From contig CACMBZ010000003.1 in the NCBI GenBank assembly GCA_902612095.1, positions 38,269 through 102,268 on the forward strand: DNA of 64,000 bases, given 5' to 3'. This document shows positions 9,983-18,963 of the stretch, in pieces; the stretch's first letter is position 1; each line of letters opens with the position of its first letter. Source of the stretch: an uncultured Pelagibacteraceae bacterium (GTDB taxonomy: Bacteria; Pseudomonadota; Alphaproteobacteria; Pelagibacterales; AG-422-B15). The position numbers and the translations under genes are program-made. The notes under the pieces were generated by a model, which worked only from the letters and a program-made list of their open reading frames with translations, was not told where the DNA came from and searched no databases.

Positions 9983-11283
9983 ATACCATATAAGCTCTTA
10001 TGGTTGCAAGACGTAATATCAATATCTTTTTCATGACCTGGCACTAGATTGTTGGACTTGATATAAACTGATTGCATAAAGGGTGTTCTTCCAAAGAAAT
10101 ACTCAGGATTACTTAAACTTTGATTCTCAATTAAAACTTTTACAGTTTTATTACAAAACTGTTTGTTAAAGGAGTATTGAATTTTCTTTAATTTTTCTTG
10201 CAACACTAACAATCTTTCTTTTTTTACTGAAATTGGAGTATCGTCGACTTCTGTCGATGACTTAGTTCCTGGTCTTGAACTATAAATAAATGAATAAGAT
10301 TGGGTAAACTCAATATCATCAATAAGTTTTAATGTATCATTAAAATCTTGATCTGTTTCACCTGGATAGCCAACAATAAAATCTGAGGATATTTCTATGT
10401 CTGGTTTTACTTTCTTTAACCTATCAATAGTTCTTCGATAAAAATTAGGATCATATTTTCTATTCATTTTTTTTAAAATTGATTCTGAACCAGATTGAAC
10501 AGGCAAATGAATAAATGGCATAAGTTTATCATTTGTAGCATGTAGATTAATTAAATCATCACTCATATTTACTGGATGCGAAGTTGTATATCTAATTCTT
10601 TTCAAGTTTTTATTTTTACTAATTTCTTCGATAAGGTCAGAAATATTTACTCTTACTCCATTGTTAATAAACTCATAAGCATTAACATTTTGACCTAGTA
10701 AGACAATTTCTTTTGCACCATTATTAGTAAGAACATTTACTTCTTTTGATATCGATTCCAAAGGACGGGAGTACTCTGGTCCCCTTGTGTAGGGAACAAC
10801 ACAGAACGAACAAAATTTATCACAACCTTCCTGAATGGTTATATATGATGAAACACCTTGCTTTCTTTTTTGCTCACTTAAATAGTCAAATTTTTCATTT
10901 ACAATAAATTCAGTGTTGTGCTGTTTCGGGTATTTATTTAAATCATCAATCATTTGCGGTAGTAAATGATAACTTTGTGGACCCAAAATTATATCAATCG
11001 ACTTATTTTTATTAAACATTTCTGAGTTTTCAGCCTGGGCTACACAACCAACAACAGCAATAGTTTGTTCCTTCTTATATTTATTTACTCTTCCAATATC
11101 AGAATAGAGTTTATGGGCGGCCTTATCTCTAATATTACATGTATTGAATACAATCAGATCTGCATCTTCAGCATATTTATTTAGCTTCAAACCCTTATTT
11201 TCTAAAATTGAAGTTATTTTTTCACTATCGTAAATATTCATTTGGCATCCATAAGATTTTACGAAAAAAGTTGAAAGGCTCAT
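9976..11283 (-). CDS. miaB: tRNA-i6A37 methylthiotransferase
   Basis: GCQMNIYDS, NTCNIR and radical-SAM CDKFCSFC motifs. Confidence 0.97.
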   Translation of the reverse strand: MSLSTFFVKSYGCQMNIYDSEKITSILENKGLKLNKYAEDADLIVFNTCNIRDKAAHKLYSDIGRVNKYKKEQTIAVVGCVAQAENSEMFNKNKSIDIILGPQSYHLLPQMIDDLNKYPKQHNTEFIVNEKFDYLSEQKRKQGVSSYITIQEGCDKFCSFCVVPYTRGPEYSRPLESISKEVNVLTNNGAKEIVLLGQNVNAYEFINNGVRVNISDLIEEISKNKNLKRIRYTTSHPVNMSDDLINLHATNDKLMPFIHLPVQSGSESILKKMNRKYDPNFYRRTIDRLKKVKPDIEISSDFIVGYPGETDQDFNDTLKLIDDIEFTQSYSFIYSSRPGTKSSTEVDDTPISVKKERLLVLQEKLKKIQYSFNKQFCNKTVKVLIENQSLSNPEYFFGRTPFMQSVYIKSNNLVPGHEKDIDITSCNHKSLYGIC

Positions 11284-12060
11284 TTAATTAACTTTTATGC
11301 TTTGATTTAGACCACTTAATATCTGCTTCTCACAATGAGCCGCCAATTCTTTTCTATTCTTAAAGCTATTTACACTCATGAGATCATGAAAAACGATATC
11401 AACTGTAATTCTACCAGATCTGAGAAAATTTGCCATTGCTGCGACCATTGAGGTATCGCCGACCCAAGCAATGTTTCGTCTTAAATAAATTCCCATTGGA
11501 ATGTTATTTAACTTTGAGTAACATATTGAAATTGGCTGAATATTAATTTCATTATTGTTGTCAAAAGCGCACTCAAGCATAGAGGATTTAAAATTCTTAA
11601 TGCCATTTCCATCAGACGTCGTCCCTTCTGGAAAGATAATAAAATTTTCACCAGCTTTTAATTTTTTTTGAATTAAATGATTATATTCAATGATTTTATT
11701 TTTATTTTCATTATCTATAAAAAAAGTATTACTTAACATTGCTAAAAAACCAAAAATTCCCATTTGAGATACTTCTTTCTTAGCTATAAATCTTGCATTT
11801 AGTAACGTTCCTAAACAAATTATATCAAACCATGAAACATGGTTTGCTATATAGAGAACTCCCATGTTTTTTTTGTTAAGTTTTGTTTTATTAAAATTAA
11901 TATTAATGCCTGTAACAATTTTTATCATTTGATAAAAATAAAGAGGGTAGATCTTCTTTAACTTAAATCCAATTATGTTACAAAAAACTTGGACAGGTAT
12001 TGAAAAAGCTATAATTAAAAGTAAAAAAATTAAAATAAAAATAAGTCTTAAAATAGACAT
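11284..12060 (-). CDS. Lysophospholipid acyltransferase (PlsC/OlsA-like)
   Basis: NHVSWFD (HX4D) and FPEGT motifs; fur-acyltransferase-miaB synteny. Confidence 0.88.
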   Translation of the reverse strand: MSILRLIFILIFLLLIIAFSIPVQVFCNIIGFKLKKIYPLYFYQMIKIVTGININFNKTKLNKKNMGVLYIANHVSWFDIICLGTLLNARFIAKKEVSQMGIFGFLAMLSNTFFIDNENKNKIIEYNHLIQKKLKAGENFIIFPEGTTSDGNGIKNFKSSMLECAFDNNNEINIQPISICYSKLNNIPMGIYLRRNIAWVGDTSMVAAMANFLRSGRITVDIVFHDLMSVNSFKNRKELAAHCEKQILSGLNQSIKVN

Positions 12061-12480
12061 CTAATTATCTTTTTTTATTTTAATTCCATAAAGCTCTAAC
12101 CTATGATCAACAAGCTTGTATCCTAGGGACTTTGCAACTGAACGTTGTATCTCTTCAATTTCTTCATTAGTGAATTCATGAATTTCTCCTGACTCAATAT
12201 CTATCAAATGATCATGATGATGGTCTTCAATGGCTTCATATCTTGATCGACCATCTTTAAATTCATGTTTTTCAATAGCACCATATTCTTCAAAAAGTTT
12301 TACAGTCCTGTAAACTGTAGCAATACTAATATTTTTATCTTGCTCGTTGGCATTTAAAAATATTTCATTTACATCTGGATGGCCATTAGTACTCATCTCT
12401 GTGATGACATCGGCAATAATATTTCTTTGCTCTGTCATTCTTAATCCTTTATCTCTGCACATTTTTTTTACGTCAATCAT
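12061..12480 (-). CDS. fur: Fur-family regulator (Fur/Mur type)
   Basis: GLRMTEQR, ISIATVYRT and HHHDHL motifs; no CxxC, as in alphaproteobacterial Fur/Mur. Confidence 0.92.
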   Translation of the reverse strand: MIDVKKMCRDKGLRMTEQRNIIADVITEMSTNGHPDVNEIFLNANEQDKNISIATVYRTVKLFEEYGAIEKHEFKDGRSRYEAIEDHHHDHLIDIESGEIHEFTNEEIEEIQRSVAKSLGYKLVDHRLELYGIKIKKDN

Positions 12481-12489
12481 GTAAACCGC

Positions 12490-13116
12490 TCAAAAATAAT
12501 TAGTTATATATAATGGTTTTGGATCTATTTTATCAATCATATTATTATTAATTATTTTTGGTAATTCGTACAAATTATATTCCATTAAATGAAAATTCTC
12601 TTTTATTTTAAGGAAACTTTTATTTTCTAGTGATTTTTTATGTAGATTAATATCGCAAATATACATTATTGTACTGTTGTACCTGAACTTTTCATTATCA
12701 AAATTAACTAATGTAGGCGAATTAATGCTCTTGTTGCCTTTGAATGATTGGATAAAAAATTCATTATTTCTAAAGTGTAAAATTATACATTTTGTTTTTC
12801 TAATTTTACTCAGTCCCATTTTAGAATTAATTAATTCAAATTTAGATAATCCAAATACATTTAAATTCATGGTCAACTTAAGAGCTTTAGCAAAAGTTAA
12901 TGCAGTTCTAATACCAGTAAAACTTCCTGGTCCTGTAATAATATAAATTGATTTTATTTTTTTTATATTTGTATGTGATTTTTTTAAAAATTTATCAATC
13001 TCAATAATTAATATTTCAGAAATATTTTTTTTTATTTTTAATTCTTTATTAACTGATTTACCATTATGTATTAAAGCTAATTTAAATGACTCAGTAAAAT
13101 CTAAAATAAGAAACAT
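12490..13116 (-). CDS. tsaB: tRNA threonylcarbamoyladenosine biosynthesis protein TsaB (divergent)
   Basis: GPGSFTGIR motif and C-terminal PLY; expected position upstream of fur. Confidence 0.88.
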   Translation of the reverse strand: MFLILDFTESFKLALIHNGKSVNKELKIKKNISEILIIEIDKFLKKSHTNIKKIKSIYIITGPGSFTGIRTALTFAKALKLTMNLNVFGLSKFELINSKMGLSKIRKTKCIILHFRNNEFFIQSFKGNKSINSPTLVNFDNEKFRYNSTIMYICDINLHKKSLENKSFLKIKENFHLMEYNLYELPKIINNNMIDKIDPKPLYITNYF

Positions 13117-13157
13117 AATATTGCTATTTTTTACATATAGACTAAAAATTAGATGAT

Positions 13158-14192
13158 ATGAATAATTTTTTTTTTAATAATTTAAGCAAAAATTATTTTT
13201 TATTTTTAATAATTTTCTCCTCATATACTTTACCTGCTTTTTCTGAGTCTGGTGTTTCGGTATTCATGTATCATAGATTTGGAGAAGACAAATATCCATC
13301 TACTAATGTTAGTCAAGAGCAATTTTTTTCGCATATAGATTACATTCTTAATAATGAAATTAAGGTTATTAAGTTAGAAGAATTGATTAAAGATCTAGAT
13401 CAAAATAAAAAATTTAATGACAAGACTGTAGCGTTTTCTGTTGATGATGCATATAGCTCATTTTATAAAATTGCTTGGCCAATTTTTAGAGATAATGAAA
13501 TTCCTGTCACTTTATTTCTGTCTACTGAGATAATTGATAATAGAACAAATGGTTACATGACTTGGGAAGAAATCAAAACATTTGTTGATGAGGGTGGAAG
13601 CATTGGTCAACATACATCTACACATTTACACATGCCATTAAATTCCATTTCGGAAATAAAAGAAGACATTTTAAATTCTCATAAAAGTTGGATTAAAAAT
13701 ATTGGTTACATACCTAAACTATTTGCCTATCCTTATGGAGAATCTAGTAATGAAGTAATTGACATACTCAAGGAGTTTGGTATTTCGCATGCATTTGGTC
13801 AACACTCTGGGGTTATTTCCAGTTTTGGTAATCAATACTATTTACCTAGGTTTTCACTCAATGAAAGATTTGGAGATATTGATAGATTTGAATTTGCAGT
13901 TAATGCTTATTCTCTAAATATAAAGGATTTTTTGCCAGGAGATATGTTTTTGATCGATAACAAAAAACCCTTAATTGAGTTTAGTATTTTAAATAATTTG
14001 AAAGGAAGCACTATAGATTGTTTTTCTAATCCTGGTGGCAAATGGGATAAACAAGAAATAATAAATATAAAAAAAAATAGATTCCAAATAAAATTAAAGG
14101 AAGATTATTTAAGTGGAAGAGCGCGTCTAAATTGTACAACAAAGATTGATGATGAATGGTATTGGTTTGGATATCAGTTTTTAGTTAAATGA
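13158..14192 (+). CDS. Exported polysaccharide deacetylase (CE4/NodB)
   Basis: Signal-like N-terminus, MYHRF, SVDDAY, HTSTH and FAYPYG motifs, plus an extra C-terminal domain. Confidence 0.88.
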   Translation: MNNFFFNNLSKNYFLFLIIFSSYTLPAFSESGVSVFMYHRFGEDKYPSTNVSQEQFFSHIDYILNNEIKVIKLEELIKDLDQNKKFNDKTVAFSVDDAYSSFYKIAWPIFRDNEIPVTLFLSTEIIDNRTNGYMTWEEIKTFVDEGGSIGQHTSTHLHMPLNSISEIKEDILNSHKSWIKNIGYIPKLFAYPYGESSNEVIDILKEFGISHAFGQHSGVISSFGNQYYLPRFSLNERFGDIDRFEFAVNAYSLNIKDFLPGDMFLIDNKKPLIEFSILNNLKGSTIDCFSNPGGKWDKQEIINIKKNRFQIKLKEDYLSGRARLNCTTKIDDEWYWFGYQFLVK

Positions 14193-15153
14193 TATCAGTA
14201 ATCAGTGGAGTTTGCTGATCAATACTTAAGTTTTCAAAATCTTGAAAGTCATTTATTTCAATAATATTTTTAATTTTATCAATATAATCATCTTCAATAG
14301 AGTAACTAGATAAAAACTCAGCTAAATAAGTACCTTTCAGAGGTATCTTATTTGAACGCAGCACAAATCTATTAATGCGAAACTCATTATAGTGAAAATT
14401 TGTATTTAGATTTTTCATATAAGACGCTACAGACTCACTTAAATTATTAAAAGATTTAATTTTATATTTAGCATCAGTTTCTCTTTCGTTTGGAATGATA
14501 CCATCGTTAGTTTTACCCCAAATGTACTGCCCAAAAAGTGCATTACCCTCGTATGCAAATCTGGAAGTGCCCCATCCGCTCTCTATAACAGCCTGTGCTA
14601 GTGCGAGTGAAACGGGTATTTCATCAACTTTTATTAATAGAGAATCTAAAGTATCGGCATTATATTCTTCCATTAAATTTTGAACCCAAATAGCTTCTTT
14701 GCGTGATATTTGATCAAAGCTACTTTTGATTAATTTTATATTCTGGTTCAAAGATGAAATTTTGCTATTTTCTTGGACTATTAATGGTAATGTAATTTTT
14801 ATAAATAATTCTTTTCTATTTTTAATGGATTTTATGCTTTTTAGATCCCTAGGTAGTTGAGACACTCTTATATTTGGTATCGACTTAGTTTCTCTGATTT
14901 GATCAATCCTAGTATCGTAAATTAGTTCATTTTGCTGGAGAGATTTTGCAGTTTTTAAATCAATTATGTAAGAAACCTGCATATCTTTTTCAGCATGGTT
15001 TAAAGGTATATCTTTCTGCGTATAAGACTTTTGATAAAAGGTATTGGTATATATCAGCGAAGTTAAAACCGATAAGACGATGAGTAAAAAAATAAAATAA
15101 TATATTTTAAATAGAAATTTAATATTTTTATCTTGAGTAACTAAAATATTCAT
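14185..15153 (-). CDS. Membrane-anchored glucosaminidase-domain protein (GH73, Bax-like)
   Basis: N-terminal TM helix; LALAQAVIESGWGTSRFA, GNALFGQ and YMKNLNT motifs. Confidence 0.85.
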   Translation of the reverse strand: MNILVTQDKNIKFLFKIYYFIFLLIVLSVLTSLIYTNTFYQKSYTQKDIPLNHAEKDMQVSYIIDLKTAKSLQQNELIYDTRIDQIRETKSIPNIRVSQLPRDLKSIKSIKNRKELFIKITLPLIVQENSKISSLNQNIKLIKSSFDQISRKEAIWVQNLMEEYNADTLDSLLIKVDEIPVSLALAQAVIESGWGTSRFAYEGNALFGQYIWGKTNDGIIPNERETDAKYKIKSFNNLSESVASYMKNLNTNFHYNEFRINRFVLRSNKIPLKGTYLAEFLSSYSIEDDYIDKIKNIIEINDFQDFENLSIDQQTPLITDII

Positions 15154-15166
15154 AGCGATTATTCTT

Positions 15167-15730
15167 CTATACTACCTGCTCAACTTTTTTGACTTCAGGA
15201 ACATTATGTTTAAGCATATTTTCGATACCGTTTTTCAATGTAACCGTTGCACTTGGACAACCTGCGCAGCTCCCTTTTAAGGAAAGATAAGCTATACCAC
15301 TTTCATATTTTATAAATTTTACGTCTCCACCATCTTGCATAATTGCCGGTCTGATCTTTGATAATAATATACTGTTGATCATATTAACTACTTTCAAGTC
15401 ATCGTCATGAAACTGTATATTATCTAATTCATTGCCGTCATCGTCTCTTTTATCAATAGCTGGAAGTCCAGAGTTAAGATGATTAGAAATTACATGCAAT
15501 ATTGAAGCCTTAAGTTGATCCCAGGTATAATCATTTTTATTAATTGAGATACAATTTTTGTTAAACAATAAATTATCAACTCCTTTTATTTTGAAAAGTT
15601 CGTCTGCTAATACTGAGTTTCTGTTATCTTGTGATTTATTGAATTCAACTGGTTTCTCACAAAGCTCATAATCAGTAAGAATGAACTTTAGTGAATTTGG
15701 ATTTGGAGTTGATTCGGTTTGTATAAACAT
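15167..15730 (-). CDS. Nfu/NifU-like Fe-S cluster carrier (NFU1 type)
   Basis: MFIQTESTPNPNSLKF N-terminal domain; DGGD and GSCAGCPS (CxxC) motifs. Confidence 0.93.
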   Translation of the reverse strand: MFIQTESTPNPNSLKFILTDYELCEKPVEFNKSQDNRNSVLADELFKIKGVDNLLFNKNCISINKNDYTWDQLKASILHVISNHLNSGLPAIDKRDDDGNELDNIQFHDDDLKVVNMINSILLSKIRPAIMQDGGDVKFIKYESGIAYLSLKGSCAGCPSATVTLKNGIENMLKHNVPEVKKVEQVV

Positions 15731-15747
15731 AACTTTACTAAAGTTAT
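15729..15747. repeat. Perfect 9-1-9 inverted repeat over the nfu start
   Basis: ATAACTTTA-C-TAAAGTTAT. The repeat is seen directly; its function is unknown. Confidence 0.6.
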
Positions 15748-15817
15748 ATAGATAGATTCATAAATTTTTAAAGTTTTGATACAGTTATTTATTAAGTTAC
15801 TGAAATTAAATTGATTT

Positions 15818-16294
15818 TTAATCTGATCGAGATGCTAAATCATCTATTAGCTCGTCTGAAAGTCCTTGTGGTATTATAACAATAGGCACAGGTAATTTTC
15901 CAGATTTTTGTCCTGCCAAAAGTGATACAAGTGGTCCAGGCTGATCTGACTCAGCTGCAGCTAGAACAAGAAATCTAATCGCGTTGTCCTCTTCCAGTGT
16001 CTCTATGATTTTTTCACTTGTGGTACCCTCTTTTATCATAAGCTCAGGGACAATATTAGTTAGATCATTAATTACTTTAGACCATTTTTGAAGTTTTTCT
16101 TGAGCTTTCTCTCTTGCTTCTTGAAGTATAATATCTTCTATTGACTGCCATTGTTGAGGATCAAATTGTTCTATCACATTTAATAATGTTACTCCTCCCT
16201 TTGTACTCTGCGCACGCTTAGCAGCAAACCTGATCGCAACGTTCAACTCTTCAGAGTCATCAACTATTACTAAAAATTTTGATCTATGCTTCAT
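15818..16294 (-). CDS. Universal stress protein
   Basis: KFLVIVDDSEE and PVPIVIIP motifs (USP fold); trpS-usp-nfu synteny. Confidence 0.9.
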   Translation of the reverse strand: MKHRSKFLVIVDDSEELNVAIRFAAKRAQSTKGGVTLLNVIEQFDPQQWQSIEDIILQEAREKAQEKLQKWSKVINDLTNIVPELMIKEGTTSEKIIETLEEDNAIRFLVLAAAESDQPGPLVSLLAGQKSGKLPVPIVIIPQGLSDELIDDLASRSD

Positions 16295-17306
16295 TTCTGT
16301 GTAGTCCTACAATGTCATATACATCATTAATTGTTTTTTGCGCAACTTGATTTGCTTTATTTTGGCCATCAAACAAAATTTCTGAAAGATAGCCTATGTC
16401 TTGCATCAGCTTTTTGACTTCTGTTGTTATTGGATTTAATCGTTCTACCAACACATCTGATAAATCAGACTTAAATTTAGAAAAATTTTGACCTTCATAT
16501 TGTTCAACTAGTTTATGTTTTTCAATTTCAGAAAAACCTGAATAGATATTAAGTAAGTTATTGACCTCAGCTAATTTTTGTACTTCCTCAATTTTTCCTG
16601 GCATGACTGAATCTGCAGTTTTTGCTTTTTTTATCTTTTTTATAATTTCATCACTCTCATCTAAAAGACTTATGCGTGAGTATTCAGATAGATCTGATTT
16701 ACTCATTTTTTGACTTCCATCTTTAAGAGACATAATTCTTGAAATATTCTTATCTATAATTGGCTCTGGAATCGGAAAAAAGTCCTCACAATTAAAATCG
16801 CGATTAAATTTTTGTGCAATATCTCTAGTGAGTTCAAGATGCTGCTTTTGATCATCTCCAACTGGAACGTGTGTTGCTTTATAAACTAGTATGTCAGCAG
16901 CCATTAAATTAGGATAAATGAATAGACCTGAACTGGCATTCTCTTTATCTTTCCCCGCTTTATCTTTGAATTGTGTCATTCGATTCAACCATCCCATTCT
17001 TGTAACACAATTAAATATCCAAGCTAACTCAGAATGGGCGGATACACTGCTTTGATTGAATATTACACTATTCTTTGGGTCTATACCAGAAGCTATATAA
17101 GTTGCTGCAACTTCTAAAGTATTTCTTTTTAAAATCTTAGGGTCTTGTTTTACAGTTATCGCATGTAAATCAACTATACAAAAAAAACAATTATAGTTAT
17201 TTTGCATGTTCACAAAATTTTTAATTGCCCCAAGATAATTACCTATATGAAGATCGCCTGATGGTTGAACACCAGATAGAACAGTATTGTTATTAATTTT
17301 ACTCAT
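16284..17306 (-). CDS. trpS: Tryptophanyl-tRNA synthetase
   Basis: SGVQPSGDLHIGNYLGA (HIGH), KMSKS and VPVGDDQKQH motifs. Confidence 0.99.
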   Translation of the reverse strand: MSKINNNTVLSGVQPSGDLHIGNYLGAIKNFVNMQNNYNCFFCIVDLHAITVKQDPKILKRNTLEVAATYIASGIDPKNSVIFNQSSVSAHSELAWIFNCVTRMGWLNRMTQFKDKAGKDKENASSGLFIYPNLMAADILVYKATHVPVGDDQKQHLELTRDIAQKFNRDFNCEDFFPIPEPIIDKNISRIMSLKDGSQKMSKSDLSEYSRISLLDESDEIIKKIKKAKTADSVMPGKIEEVQKLAEVNNLLNIYSGFSEIEKHKLVEQYEGQNFSKFKSDLSDVLVERLNPITTEVKKLMQDIGYLSEILFDGQNKANQVAQKTINDVYDIVGLHRNEA

Positions 17307-18841
17307 TTTTGTAAAATCTTTTTAATTTCAGAATATTTAAATGGCTTGTAAAATGAAATTAGAACAAAATAAAGCAATATTGAAGAAAGTACTGAAAATA
17401 AAAGAAATATAATTTCATAGCCTTGATGGAAATTAAATAGAATTTCCAAATAGTTTTCTAAAAAAATTAAATACAGATACATGATAAACGAGACAATAAT
17501 AATAATTGTGCCAGGGAAGATCATTCTTCTACTAATTTGATAATAATTATTTTTATACAAGCTATAGTTCATAAATAAAACGCTTATCCATGCTGATATA
17601 CTAGTAGCTATCGGAATTCCAATAAAACCTAAATTGACAAATAAGACTATACTTAATGTTGTATTTATAACTAAATTTGTTGCAGTAATATACAGGGTAG
17701 GTCTCGCATTTTCATATGCAAAAAATATTGGTGTAAAAATTTTCATTAGAATAAATGCCACAAGACCCAAAGAGTAGAATTTGAGAGCTTTAGATGTAAA
17801 TAATGAAGAGTTTTCGTTAAATTCACCTCTTTCGAAAAGTACAGCTATTATTTGCTCTGAAAGTGCAAAAATTCCTACAGATGCGGGAACCGCGAGCAAC
17901 AATGAGTAAACTAATGTTTGTTCTATTGTTTCATTGATTTTTTCAAAACTCTCCGATCTTATCTTACTTGAAATTGAGGGCAGCATAGCAACACCAATTG
18001 CTATGCCAATAAGGGCAAGAGGTAATTGATAGATGCGATCAGCGTAATAAAGGTATGAAATGGCACCACTCTCATATGAGGCAATGATTGTTCCAATTAA
18101 AATATTTATCTGCAATAACCCAGATGAAAAAAAGCTTGCTGTAAACAGCTTTATAAAACGCTTAACGTAACTAGTGTAAATTTTTCTAGTAAAGAAAAAA
18201 AATATTTTTTCTCTGGCTAGAGCAATAATAAGAAATACGATCTGTAACAGACCAGCAACAATAACGCTCCAGGATAAGAATGTTAAAAAATCACTTGCTG
18301 TATAAGCTGCAGTAATCAGTGCTATTATCAATGTTATATTTAATATTATTGGAAGAGCTGCTGACAATGCAAACTTGTTATGTGAATTAAGAATTGATGA
18401 ACAAATTGATGAAATGCTTATTAAAATTAAAAAAGGAAAAATAATTCTTGAAACCGCAACTAGCTCATTAAATTTATCATTATCGTTTGCAAATCCAGGG
18501 GCTAAAATTGCAACAAAAGTTGGCATAAAAACTTCAATTATTAAAACCACCAGAGATGAAGCCACTAAAAAAATCAGAAAAATACTTCCAGAAAATTTTT
18601 TTGACTCATGCCTTAGATTGTCTTTAATTAATTTAGTATAGATGGGTACGAACGCTGAGTTTAGTGCTCCTTCTGAAAAAATTCTTCGAAACGTATTTGG
18701 TAACCTAAAAGCAACAAAGAAAATATCAGCTATTACTCCAGTACCTAAAAAGTTAGCAATTATTATATCTCTTAAAAAACCAAAAACTCTACTAATCGAT
18801 GTAAATAAAGAGTAGATAAGTGAGGACCTTATAACGTTCAT
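17303..18841 (-). CDS. murJ: Lipid II flippase MurJ
   Basis: SRVFGFLRD, AFRLPNTFRRIFSEGA and YADRIYQLPL motifs; many TM helices. Confidence 0.97.
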   Translation of the reverse strand: MNVIRSSLIYSLFTSISRVFGFLRDIIIANFLGTGVIADIFFVAFRLPNTFRRIFSEGALNSAFVPIYTKLIKDNLRHESKKFSGSIFLIFLVASSLVVLIIEVFMPTFVAILAPGFANDNDKFNELVAVSRIIFPFLILISISSICSSILNSHNKFALSAALPIILNITLIIALITAAYTASDFLTFLSWSVIVAGLLQIVFLIIALAREKIFFFFTRKIYTSYVKRFIKLFTASFFSSGLLQINILIGTIIASYESGAISYLYYADRIYQLPLALIGIAIGVAMLPSISSKIRSESFEKINETIEQTLVYSLLLAVPASVGIFALSEQIIAVLFERGEFNENSSLFTSKALKFYSLGLVAFILMKIFTPIFFAYENARPTLYITATNLVINTTLSIVLFVNLGFIGIPIATSISAWISVLFMNYSLYKNNYYQISRRMIFPGTIIIIVSFIMYLYLIFLENYLEILFNFHQGYEIIFLLFSVLSSILLYFVLISFYKPFKYSEIKKILQK

Positions 18842-18963
18842 ATAAACATTGTTTATTAATCTATTTTGATTTAAATAACTTCAAAAATAAAGGTTCCTTC
18901 AATATATATCTTTTGAAATTGAAAAGCAGGTAAAAACCTATATAAAATCCAAAAAAAGAAAAT

